From positions 53,090 to 117,089 of the forward strand of contig CAVSCC010000006.1 of the NCBI GenBank assembly GCA_963726345.1: a stretch of DNA of 64,000 nucleotides, read 5' to 3'. Each line of letters opens with the position of its first letter. Positions within the stretch are counted from its first letter, which is position 1. Source of the stretch: an uncultured Coriobacteriia bacterium (lineage in GTDB: Bacteria; Actinomycetota; Coriobacteriia; Anaerosomatales; JAAXUF01). The translations under genes and the position numbers were made by a program. The notes beneath the pieces were generated by a model, which saw only the letters and a list, made by a program, of their open reading frames with translations, made no database searches and had not been told where the DNA came from. Shown here piece after piece: positions 11,210-20,537 of this stretch.

Positions 11210-11742
11210 GCTCTCGGCGAACGGTCATCTTCTTGAAGACGAGCTCCGTGGGCGCCGGCGGAAGCGGCACGGTGCCGGTGGCGAGTCGTGGCGGTGCCGG
11301 TGATCTGGAAGGTCCCGCCCTCAGCCGGAAGCACCAGCTGCTCGACGGTGACGCGGATGTTCGCGGCGGGCTCGACCGGCTCCGAGAACGTGATGTCCAT
11401 CGTCTGACCGTCGATCTCGGTCTCCGACTTCACCGACGTGCGCTGCAGCCCCTTGAGCGTGATGACGGTGACGCCGGCCTTGGACAGGTCGGTCCCGTCG
11501 GGCATCACGAGCTCAAGCGCGCTCACGGCGGGATCGCCGTCCTTCAGGCGCAGCTCCCACGTCAGCCGAGTGGGCTTGCCGCCGTAGGTGTCCTGCCCGG
11601 CGAAGCCGTTGGGCCGCGTGGTCGACGCGGTGACGTCCATCGCCGAGGCGGCTGCAGGAATGATCGCGAGCGCGACCAGCATGAGCGCGACGATGGCCGC
11701 TACGCGGACACGGAGCCGGAGGTTCTTGGTCATCGTTCGCAT
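11206..11742 (-). CDS. Secreted or membrane-anchored protein of unknown function embedded in the ABC operon; C-terminus frame-shifted
   Basis: The N-terminus is signal-like (MRTMTKNLRLRVRVAAIVALMLVALAIIPAAASA). The beta-rich body reads ...LTWELRLKDGDPAVSALELVMPDGTDLSKAGVTVITLKGLQRTSVKSETEIDGQTMDITFSEPVEP.... The 3' end changes frame (GTVPLPPAPTELVFKKMTV...) and abuts the permease start. Confidence 0.55.
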   Translation of the reverse strand: MRTMTKNLRLRVRVAAIVALMLVALAIIPAAASAMDVTASTTRPNGFAGQDTYGGKPTRLTWELRLKDGDPAVSALELVMPDGTDLSKAGVTVITLKGLQRTSVKSETEIDGQTMDITFSEPVEPAANIRVTVEQLVLPAEGGTFQITGTATTRHRHRAASAGAHGARLQEDDRSPRA

Positions 11743-11853
11743 CCTTCACAGGTCGGCCGACTGCGAAGGCCCCCGGCGGGCGCCGGGGGCCTCGCTGTCG
11801 CTCGTGAGTCGCGCGCGCCAGGTTCGACGCCCGCGGTTTGCTCGGAAGGTCCT

Positions 11854-12705
11854 CTACTTGGTGGCGGGCTCCACGCCGAACCACTTCATGTAGATGGTCT
11901 TGTACTCGCCCGAGTCGGTGATCTTCTGAAGCGCCTCGTCGATGGCGGTCTTCAGCTCGGGGTTGGCCTTCGCGATACCGATGCCGTACTGCTCACCGGT
12001 CGGGAATCTCAGCGACAAGCTCGTCGCCCGTGTAGGAGGTCTTGACCAGGTAGGCCGAGACAGGCAGGTCGTTGACGACCGCGTCAACCTTGCCGGCGTT
12101 GAGCGCCGAGAAGGCGGCCAGGGTGTCGTCGAACGGGGTGATCTGCGCTGCGCCCTTGAGGTTCTCCTTGGCCCACGTCTCACCCGTGGTGCCGGACTGC
12201 ACGCCGATGATCTTGCCGGTGAAGGCGGTGTTGATCGCGGCAGGATCGTTGCCGTCGAGCTTGGGGAACTTGCCCTTGACGACCGCGATCGACTGGTTGG
12301 AGTCGATGTAGGGCTCGGAGAACAGGATCTCCTGCTTGCGCTCAGGCGTGATGGTCATGCCCGACATGATGACGTCGTACGTGCCGCCGGCGTTCAGCGT
12401 CGGGATGAGCGTGTCGAACTTCTGGCTGGTGAAGTTCATGCGTGTAGCCGAGCTCCTTGGCGATGGCGTCGGCCAGGTCGACGTCAAAGCCCTCGGCGAC
12501 CGCACCGTTCATCGACTCGAACGGCGGGAATGCCGTGTCGGAGCCGACGTCAGGACGCCTTCCTTGACCAGCTTGGGAGCGGCCGTTTCCGTCTTGGTCT
12601 CGTGGTGGTCTCCGTCTTGGTGCCGCCACAGCCAGCGAGTGCCACAACCGCGGCAACCATGGCTAGAGCGAGCAGCACCGCTGTGATTCTGCGAGCCTTC
12701 TGCAT
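11854..12705 (-). CDS. Amino-acid ABC transporter substrate-binding lipoprotein (family 3 SBP), copy 1; at least 3 frame breaks
   Basis: The ATG is at 12705. The lipoprotein signal is MQKARRITAVLLALAMVAAVVALAGCGG. SBP_bac_3-like fragments follow: GSDTAFPPFESMNGAVAEGFDVDLADAIAKELGY, FDTLIPTLNAGGTYDVIMSGMTITPERKQEILFSEPYIDSNQSIAV, and ...YGIGIAKANPELKTAIDEALQKITDSGEYKTIYMKWFG. Confidence 0.85.
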
Positions 12706-12886
12706 CGTTCCTCCTCGTCGTTTCCGACTTGACCCCGCGCCGAGACCTGAAGTCCCAGCGCTCCCGTTAACTACAGTGCATAATCATACACGGCTTCTGC
12801 AAACTTGCGAGTGAGTTCGAGCCTATTCAGTACTCGGACGCGCTCGTATGCAGAATCGTGCGCTCATCCACGAATAGCCGCCGAGT

Positions 12887-13798
12887 CTATGCGATGCAGA
12901 ACCGGCCGTCGGCTAGGGTTGTGGCACTTGCCTCGGCCGACGCGCTTGCGTCGAGGCTCTCGGCGAGCTTGAGCTTGGGGAACTCCCCCACCCACTTGGT
13001 CCGTATCGCTTCGAGGACGCCGTCCGCCGAGAGCCCGTCGAGCGTCGTGCGAACGAGCGTCGCCGAGCGCGACGTTGTCGAGCGCGACGGCGACACCGAG
13101 CGGCACCGCCGGCTCAAGCTGGCCGGCCAAGTGGACGGTCGGCATGTCGCGGATGATGTAGCCGCGCCACCAAGGCATCGCCGGCGGCGACCCGGACCTG
13201 CCCCTCGCGGAGGCTGTTGAGCGCGTCACGCAGGGTCGGGTAGCCCACCAGGCTCTCGGCGCCGAACTCCGACTGGAGCTTCCAGAAAGCAGCCGAGCCC
13301 TCCTGCGCGCCGATCTTGATCGCCGGAAGCGAGTCGAGCGTCATCGAAGGGACGACGGCGGCAGTGCTCTCGGTCGCGATGAAGAACGCGGGCCCGTCGG
13401 AGAGGTAGGAGCCGGCCAGGGTGGTGCGCGAGAGCGACTCCTGGTTGTACGGGACCGAGAAGACCACGTCGACCTTGCCCTCGGCGAGCGCCGTCGCCAT
13501 CTCGGACGGCTTCACGTCGACGAACGTGGCGGTCAATCCGAGCTTGGCTGCGAGCGCGGACGCGACGTCGAGGTCGATTCCGGCCTGCTTGCCGGCGTCG
13601 GTTCCACCAAAGGGCGGGTACGCGAGGTCCACGCCCACCTTCAGGGTTCCCGCCTCTTTGATCGCAGGCGGGGCGACCTTGGGCTCGAGCTTGGGCGACG
13701 GCGCGGCGCGTGCATCCGGCGAGGAGCAGCACGCACGTCGCGAGCACGGACGCACGCGGTCGCGATCCTGGCGAGTGCTGCCGAGAACGACCGCTCAT
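12887..13798 (-). CDS. Amino-acid ABC transporter substrate-binding lipoprotein, copy 2; at least 3 frame breaks
   Basis: The ATG is at 13798, with the lipobox in MSGRSRQHSPGSRPRASVLATCVLLLAGC. Later fragments read GTLKVGVDLAYPPFGGTDAGKQAGIDLDVASALAAKLGLTATFVDVKPSEMATALAEGKVDVVFS..., ...GYIIRDMPTVHLAGQ...VAVALD... and ...LDGLSADGVLEAIRTKWVGEFP. Confidence 0.8.
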
Positions 13799-14086
13799 GC
13801 TGCGCGCTGCCCCTCTCGGCGAAAGTGGGCGCTCCCGCCCGGCTGACCTGGTCTTTGACCCCACACTCGCATACGGGGGCTTCCGCTTGATGCAATCTCA
13901 CTACCGGCCCTCTCGCCCGAAGCCGCGGTATGCGGCTTACATCGGACGGTACGACTTACCCCTAAGACGCGCCATGCTCGCGCGACGGACGAATCCGCCG
14001 GCTTACGTGGATCCTTTCGGCCGCGTCTACCATGGACTAGGACGCTTTCGCGCCCGCAACCACAGACCCGAGCGGGAGCGAGGAAG
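13799..14086 (-). promoter_or_regulatory. Long (about 290 nt) GC-rich 5' leader upstream of SBP copy 2; candidate cis-regulatory RNA, class not identified
   Basis: This is the gap between the candidate promoter at 14087-14095 and the ATG at 13798. I saw no convincing ORF. It contains many self-complementary GC segments and a duplicated GUAAGCCG motif. Confidence 0.3.
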
Positions 14087-14095
14087 ATTCTATCA
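14087..14095 (-). promoter_or_regulatory. Candidate extended -10 promoter (TGaTAGAAT)
   Basis: The reverse complement of 14087-14095 is TGATAGAAT. It lies just downstream of the comF stop and its hairpin. Confidence 0.35.
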
Positions 14096-14120
14096 CGCAG
14101 GACAACGGCGCGCTGCGAAC

Positions 14121-14136
14121 CGCCCGTCGGCGGGCG
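14121..14136 (-). terminator. Short GC hairpin immediately after the comF stop (CGCCCG-ncgg-CGGGCG)
   Basis: A 6-bp perfect stem with a 4-nt loop, read directly. There is no U-tract. Confidence 0.3.
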
Positions 14137-14874
14137 TCACCACGCCCGCGCAACCGCCGCGACGCGGACCGCCTCCGCCCCCGCGGCGAGCAGCGCCGAG
14201 GCGGCTGCGTCCAGCGTCGCACCCGTCGTGAAGACGTCGTCGGTCAGGAGCACGCGATGCGGGCGGCTCGCCGCTCGCGCGGAAGGTGCCGGACGACGTT
14301 GGCCGCGCGCTCCGCTCGTCCGAGCGCGCGTTGGTCGCGGGCGGCGGTGCGCAGCAGGACGTCGAGCGAGCGGGACGCTCGAGCTCCGCAGCGAGCGCCA
14401 CGGCGATTCGCGCGGCCGTGGTCGAAGCCGCGGCGCTGCAGCGCAGCCCTGGTCGCAGGCACGTAGGCGACGCACTCCGCCCATCCGGGCCAGGCGGCGG
14501 CGACCTGCTCGGCCAGCAAGCAGACCGAACACGGCGGCAAGCCGTCGTTCGCCGGCGTCCTTGTGGAGCACGACCGCTCGTGCGAGCGGCGCCTCCAGCG
14601 ATCCGACGGCGAGGGCCGCCTCGAACGCCCACTCGCGCGACCAGCACTCCGTGCACACGAGGTAGCCGAACGGTGCCCCGCATCGCGGGCATGCGCCCGC
14701 CTTGTCGACTCGGGGCAGGCTGTCGCGGCAGCGCTCGCAGAGCACCGCCCCCGGCAGCTCGCATCCCGCGCATCGCGTCGGAAACAGCAGTTCGGCGAGT
14801 CCCTCGATGAGCCCCACAGCGCTCCCCGTTCGGTCGACGGCCCACGCAGCAGGCCATCGCGACGGGCGGCACAT
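14137..14874 (-). CDS. comF: ComF family protein (phosphoribosyltransferase-domain, zinc-ribbon N-terminus); at least 4 frame breaks
   Basis: The zinc ribbon reads LFPTRCAGCELPGAVLCERCRDSLPRV...CPRCGAPFGYLVCTECW. The middle part (LLAEQVAAAWPGWAECVAYVPATRAALQRRGFDH, AARIAVALAAELERP) is scattered over the other two frames. The PRTase end is VLLTDDVFTTGATLDAAASALLAAGAEAVRVAAVARAW. Confidence 0.85.
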   Translation of the reverse strand: MCRPSRWPAAWAVDRTGSAVGLIEGLAELLFPTRCAGCELPGAVLCERCRDSLPRVDKAGACPRCGAPFGYLVCTECWSREWAFEAALAVGSLEAPLARAVVLHKDAGERRLAAVFGLLAGRAGRRRLARMGGVRRLRACDQGCAAAPRLRPRPRESPWRSLRSSSVPLARRPAAHRRPRPTRARTSGARGQRRPAPSARAASRPHRVLLTDDVFTTGATLDAAASALLAAGAEAVRVAAVARAW

Positions 14875-14881
14875 CCGCCGG

Positions 14882-15804
14882 CTAGCCGAACGCCAGGAGC
14901 TGCAGGAGCGGCAGCGTCACGGCCGAGGCGGCCGTCGTCACGAAGATCGCCGACGCGATGAAGTCGGTGTCCAGGCCAAACCGCTCTCCCACGACCAGCG
15001 TCAGCATCATCGCCGGCATGCCGGCCTCCAAGGCGAGTACCCGCATCGCCGGGTCGGCAGCTCCGAACAGCACCCACCCGAGACCGATCGCGACCACCGG
15101 AGCCACGAGCAACCTCAGCGTCGCAAGCACCGCAAGCGGTCCGGCGGCCCGAACCATCGTGCTCGCCCGAAGGGACAGTCCCACCGACAACATGATCAGC
15201 GGCGCCACCATGCTGGCAAGAAGGCCTAACCCGCTGCTTACCAGAGTCGGAATCGGGACCGAACGCAGCACGAGAGCCACCAGTAGGGCGATGACCGCCG
15301 GGAACGTGAACAGCTCGCGCAGCGGGTTGACGCGCGCCTCGGCGTTGGTGCCGTAGTGCTGCGCGACGAGGAGTCCGACCAGGGCCAGCGCGCACACCGT
15401 CCCGAACACGTCGTAGAAGATCGCCTGAGGCAGACTCCCCTTGCCGAGAAACGCCTCCGTGATCGGATAGCCGATGTAGCCCGTGTTGCCGAGCGCCGTT
15501 GCGACGATGAAGCCGCCGGCCATCTCGGCGGGGAGCCTGAGCGCGCGCGCCGCCAGCCATCCGAGCAGCAGCATGACGCCGAACACGAGCCACGCGATGA
15601 GCACCACGCGCCAGAGGTCCGGCCTTGAGCGAGGCGCCGTGCACCGCGTTGAAGATGAATGCGGGCAAGCCCCACGTAGATGATGATCGCGTTGATCGGC
15701 CGAGCGTCTTCGCGGCGAAGTATCCCGAAACCACGCAGAGCCGCCCCCACTCCGACGATGGCCGTGAAGGTCAGGATCGTCGACGCGAGGGCGGATGCGT
15801 TCAT
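14882..15804 (-). CDS. Auxin-efflux-carrier (AEC) family permease; about 2 frame breaks near 15620-15670
   Basis: The N-terminus is [47 protein letters not shown]. The rest reads ...[39 protein letters not shown]...[48 protein letters not shown]. Its ATG overlaps the mtnA stop (ATGA at 15801-15804). Confidence 0.85.
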
Positions 15805-17192
15805 GCGTGAGAGCTAGGAGTCTTCGGGGGCAGGCCCGCCTGAGCGCCTCGTCCTCGAGTATCTCCTCGCCGAAGTTCTCGGGAGGCAGGTTCTTGGCGA
15901 CCGTGAAGCCATCGATCGTGAGTTCGTGCATGCCGCCGGACATCATGCACATCAGCGCGAGCGAAGTCTCGTAGTCGGGCTCCGGGCGGATCGGGCCACG
16001 CTCGGTGATGATCGCCGTGATCAGTTCGCCGGGGGTGACGTCGAACGCCGGGTTGAAGACCTGCACGTTTGGAGGCGTGATGCGGAACCACCCGTCGAAG
16101 CTGTAGCCGCCGCCCTTGCGCTCAAGGACCATCCGGTGGCCCTTGGTCAGCTTCATGTCGTACGAGCCGTCCTTCGTCAGCACGTCGAACGCCTTGCTCG
16201 CGTCGGCCGAGTCCGGCTCGAAGGTTCCCGACACCGTGAAGCCCATCATCTCGCGCGGGATCGCGCTCCTCGATGACGATGTCTTCGCCTGAGCCGATGG
16301 TGAGGTCGACCGTCGAGGTCGGCGCAGCGACGTAGAACGGGATTCCGTGATGCTTGGCGAGCACCGCGAGCGCGTAGGTGCCGATCTTGTTGGCGGTGTC
16401 GCCGTTGGCGGCGATCCTGTCGGCGCCGACGATGATCGCGTCGACCCAGCCCTTGCTCATGACGAAGCCGGCCATGCTGTCGGCGATAAGCGCCGATCGG
16501 AACGCCGGCCAGACCGAGCTCCCACGTGGTCAGACGCCCACCCTGGTTGACGGGGCGCGTCTCGTCGACCCAGACGTGAGCGATCTTGCCCTGCTCGTGC
16601 GCGGTGAAGATGACGCCCAGCGCGGTGCCGAAGTAGGCGGTGGCGAGCGAGCCGGCGTTGCAGTGCGTGAGCACCTTGGCCTCGTCGGGCAGGAGCGCCG
16701 CTCCGTGCTCGCCGATCAGGCGGTTGCGCTCCTCGTCCTCGGCCTCCATGTTGCGGGCCTCTTGGATGACGAGTGCCTTGAGTTCGATCGAGCGGCAAGT
16801 CGATGTTGTCCGCTGCCACACGGCGAATGCGCTCGGCGCCCCAGAAGAGGTTGACTGCCGTGGGACGAGTGGACATGACGGCCTGCGCGACCTCGGTCAA
16901 GCCCGGCGACGTAGTCCTCGCTGGTCTCGATGTCGTCCGTCTCGTTGGCGGTCCAGAGCGCGAGCGCCAGCGCCGCGGCCACGCCCAGCGCGGGCGCGCC
17001 GCGAACGCCGAGCGACTGGATCGCCAGACACACGCCTTCGGCGACGTTGCACATCAGCACGTCGCCCTGAAGCGGCAGCCGCGTCTGGTCGACCAGGAAG
17101 ACGGCCGGTCGGCCGCTCGCCTCGTCCTCGCCCCACCAGATGGTGCGGGGGATGTTGTCGACGCCCGAAGTCGGGGCCTTGTCGTCAGCCAT
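15801..17192 (-). CDS. mtnA: S-methyl-5-thioribose-1-phosphate isomerase with an unusual ~60-aa insertion and a C-terminal extension; about 4 frame breaks
   Basis: The fragments are [151 protein letters not shown]...IVIEERDP, and ...[22 protein letters not shown]. Together they match the eIF-2B/MtnA family. Confidence 0.85.
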
Positions 17193-17196
17193 GGCG

Positions 17197-18457
17197 CTAG
17201 ACCGTGCCTTCCTGCCAGCTCGCGAGGTACTTGGCCTGCTCGGCGGTCAGCGTGTCGATCTTGACGCCGAGGGTCTCGAGCTTGAGCTTGGCGATGCCTT
17301 CGTCGATGTCGGCGGGAACGTCGTAGACGCCCGGCGCCATGTCCTTGCAGTTGGCGACCATGTACTCCGCAGCGAGCGCCTGGTTGGCGAAGCTCATGTC
17401 CATGACGTTCGCCGGATGGCCCTCGGCACAGGAGAGGTTGACGAGTCGGCCGTCGGCGAGCAGGTAGATCACGCGGCCGTCGGCCATCGTGAACTCCTCG
17501 ACCAGCGGGCGCACCTCGCGCTCGGAGACGGAAAGCTCACGGAGCTTGGGGATGTTGATCTCGGCGTTGAAGTGGCCGGAGTTGCAGATGATGGCGCCGT
17601 CCTTCATCGCCTTGAACGAGTCCTCGTCGATGACGTTGAGGTCACCGGTGACCGTGACCCAGATGTCGCACTCCTTGGCGGCCTCGACGGCCGGCATCAC
17701 GCGGAAGCCGTCCATGACCGCCTCGAGCGCCTTCATCGGGTCGACCTCGAGGACGATGACGCTGGCGCCCATGCCGTCGGCACGGCTCGCGATGCCGCGA
17801 CCGCACCAGCCGTAGCCCGAGACGACCAGGGTGCGGCCGGCGAGCAGGCGGTTGGTCGCGCGGATGATGCCGTCGAGCGTCGACTGGCCCGTGCCGTAGC
17901 GGTTGTCGAAGAGGTGCTTGGTCTTGGCCTCGTTGACGGCCATGATCGGGTACTTCAGCGCGCCGTCGGCAGCCATCGCGGCGAGCCGGATGACGCCGGT
18001 CGTGGTCTCCTCGGTGCCGCCGATGATGTGCTCGAGCATCTCGGGCTGCTCGGCGTGGATGCGGCCGACGACGTCGGCGCCATCGTCCATCGTCATCTGC
18101 GGCTTGTGCGCGATGGCGGTGTCGATGTGGCTGTAGTAGGTGTCGGTGTCCTCGCCCTTGATGGCGTAGGTGCTGATCCCGTAGTGCTGGACGAGCGCGG
18201 CGGCGGTGTCGTCCTGCGTCGAGAGCGGGTTGCTCGCGCACAGCACGATGTCGGCGCCACCGGCCTTGAGGGTGCGCATGAGGTTCGCGGTCTCGGTGGT
18301 CACGTGCAGGCACGCCGAGATGCGAATGCCGTCGAGCGGCTTCTCGGCCTCGAAGCGCTCGCGGATGCTCGCGAGCACGGGCATGTCGACAGTCGGCCCA
18401 CTCGATGCGCGCCTTGCCGGCGTCGGCGAGTGCGAGGTCTTTGACGTCGTAGTTCAT
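17197..18457 (-). CDS. ahcY: Adenosylhomocysteinase (short, ~420-aa type); 1 frame break near 18390
   Basis: The N-terminus [21 protein letters not shown] continues in the next frame as [59 protein letters not shown]...[30 protein letters not shown]...GHFNAEI. Confidence 0.93.
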
Positions 18458-18513
18458 GGGTGACTCCTTCATCTTGAACTCAGGGCCTGACCGGGGCTAC
18501 TCCCCGCGAGGCG

Positions 18514-19326
18514 TTAGGGCAACCGTGGAAGTATAGCAAGTGCGAGCGCCCGCATGCCCTCGGCGGCACGGGCACCGGCCTCGAGGACCTCGGCGTGCGC
18601 GAGCCCGACACCCGCAGCAGCGTTCGTGACGAGCGAAAGCCCGAGTACCCGCATGCCCAGCGCTCGCGCCGCGATGACCTCGGGGACGGTGGACATGCCG
18701 ACGACGTCGGCGCCGAGCCCGCGGAACATCGCGACCTCGGCCGGCGTCTCGTAGCTCGGGCCGAGAAGCCCGAAGTAGACGCCCTGCGGCACGAGCGCGA
18801 CGCCGGTCTCGCGCGCCGCCTCAAGCGCGATCGCGCGCAGCTCGGGGTCGTAGGCGTCGCGCATGGGGATGAACGGGTTGCCGCCCTCGGGTCCGGGCCA
18901 GCCGACGAGCGCGTTGTCGCCCATCATGTTCACCTGGTCGCTGATCAGCACGAGGTCGCCGACCGCAAGCTCGGGGGCGATGCCGCCCGCGGCGTTGGTG
19001 ACGATGAGCGTGTCGGCGCCCATGGCCTTCGCGAGGCGCACCGGGAACGAAACCTCGCTCGCCGAGAATCCCTGGTAGCAGTGGATCCTGCCCTGGAACG
19101 CCACGACGCGCCTGCCGGCGAGCGTGCCGACCACCAGTCGGCCGCGGTGGCCGACCACGTTTCGCTCGGCGTGCGGGAAGCCCGGGATCTCGGTGAACGG
19201 GACGACCGTCGACGCTTCGATTCCGTCAGCGAGGTCGGAGAGACCGGAGCCCAGAATGAGCGCCACCTCGACCGGACCGAGCGCCTGAAGCGCCGCGGGG
19301 AGTACGACCTCGAACTCGTCGGTCAT
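18514..19326 (-). CDS. Purine nucleoside phosphorylase family I (PunA-like); possibly acting as MTA phosphorylase given context (intact)
   Basis: The ORF reads MTDEFEVVLPAALQALGPVEVALILGSGL...GHRGRLVVGTLAGRRVVAFQGRIHCYQGFSASEVSFPVRLAKAMGADTLIVTNAAGG...GPSYETPAEVAMFRGLGADVVGMSTVPEVIAA. It has PNP_UDP_1 / PunA-type motifs and sits next to mtnA and ahcY. Confidence 0.8.
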   Translation of the reverse strand: MTDEFEVVLPAALQALGPVEVALILGSGLSDLADGIEASTVVPFTEIPGFPHAERNVVGHRGRLVVGTLAGRRVVAFQGRIHCYQGFSASEVSFPVRLAKAMGADTLIVTNAAGGIAPELAVGDLVLISDQVNMMGDNALVGWPGPEGGNPFIPMRDAYDPELRAIALEAARETGVALVPQGVYFGLLGPSYETPAEVAMFRGLGADVVGMSTVPEVIAARALGMRVLGLSLVTNAAAGVGLAHAEVLEAGARAAEGMRALALAILPRLP

Positions 19327-19402
19327 GGATGGGTCCTCCTCGAGTCGTGGGATGCAGTTCCCTGTAGATACCCGCACCGAGACCCCGAGAGCGCCGAGCC
19401 CT

Positions 19403-20537
19403 CTAGCGCAGCGCCTCGTAGGCGGCGACGAGCCGACCGGCGGCTGCCTCCCAGTTCAGCGATGCCTCGACGATGGCGCGACCTCGCGCACCCATCGCCG
19501 CAGCTAGCGCCGGGTCGTCCTTCAGTCGCACGATCGCGGCCTCGACGGCAGATGCGTCCGCTGGGTCGACCGCGATGCCGATGCCCTCGCGCTCCACGTA
19601 TCCGGCGACCCACGTGCCCTCGCTCACGATCACCGGCAGTCCGCACGCCATGCCCTCCATCACCTTGACGGGCATGTGGATGCGCGCATTGCCCACCGCC
19701 GCGTCGTAGAGCGTGTACACGCAGTCACGACCCCGATAGAGCGCAGGTATCTCCTCGTAGAGCACTCGGCCGATCACGGTCGACGCGGTCCTTGCCCTCG
19801 GCGAAATCGGCGATGCGCTTCTCCCCCACGCCGCCGCCAGCGAGGAAGCACGAAAGGTCTTCGTGTCGCTGGACGATGTCGATCAGCAGCTCGAGCGACG
19901 CCACGTACCGCTTCTGGCCGATGTAGCACACGTCGAACGGACGGTTTCCTCGCGGCATAGGGTCCGGCGAGAACCGGTCGAGGTCGGGCGCGTTGTCAAC
20001 GACCACGACGGGACCGTCGAAACGAGCCTCGTAGCGCTCGGCCATGCCCGGCCACGCGAGCACGACCAAGTCAGCGCGGGCCATGCCGCGCGCCTCGACG
20101 CGGTCGACGCCCGCCGCGACCACGCTACCGACCACCGGTATCCGCGGCACGACGCGCGAGGCGCGATACAGCTCGTGGAAGTCGAGCACGAGCTTCGCGG
20201 AGGACCCCTTGACCGCCGAGAGCCCCGCGGGAACGGTGTCCATGTCGTGGCAGTGCACGACGCGCGGCTTCAGCGCGACCGCCCTGTTCGACGCAAGCCG
20301 CCAGAACTCGCGGTAGAGCGGCAGCGCCTTGGGCCCCGATCCGTGGGTAGCCCGCGGGCCGAGGCGTTCGATCGCGATTCCGGACCGGCGCTCGCGCTCA
20401 GGGGCGGTCCCGGCACGGTCCCACGCCAGCACGGTGACGTCCCAGCCGGCGCCGATCAGCGCGACTGCCTCCTTCTCCACCCTCGGGTCGGAGACGAAGT
20501 CGTTGGTGAGCAGCATGACGACGAGCGGGCGGCTCAC
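19403..20537 (-). CDS. Glycosyltransferase, GT4 family; 1 frame break near 19775
   Basis: The N-terminal Rossmann half (19725..20537) reads MSRPLVVMLLTNDFVSDPRVEKEAVALIGAGWDVTVLAWD. The C-terminal half (19403..19777) has ...HMPVKVMEGMACGLPVIVSE. Confidence 0.8.

Noticed and set aside
9803-11236. Other long antisense ORFs, for example 9803..11236, 17140..18444, 18595..19668, 28332..29423, 47360..48664, 56898..58220, 57304..59049 and 62275..63543 (all plus strand).
   Set aside because: Each lies opposite a minus-strand gene with strong family motifs. They are stop-poor frames expected at this GC content, not genes.
13799-14086. Assignment of the long leader to a specific riboswitch class or to RNase P / SRP RNA, prompted by partial resemblances such as GAAUCCGCCGGCUUAC and CCAGGUCAG.
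   Set aside because: Only short fragments resemble the consensus cores I remember. The length is wrong for RNase P and the key conserved blocks are absent. It is kept only as an unclassified candidate leader.
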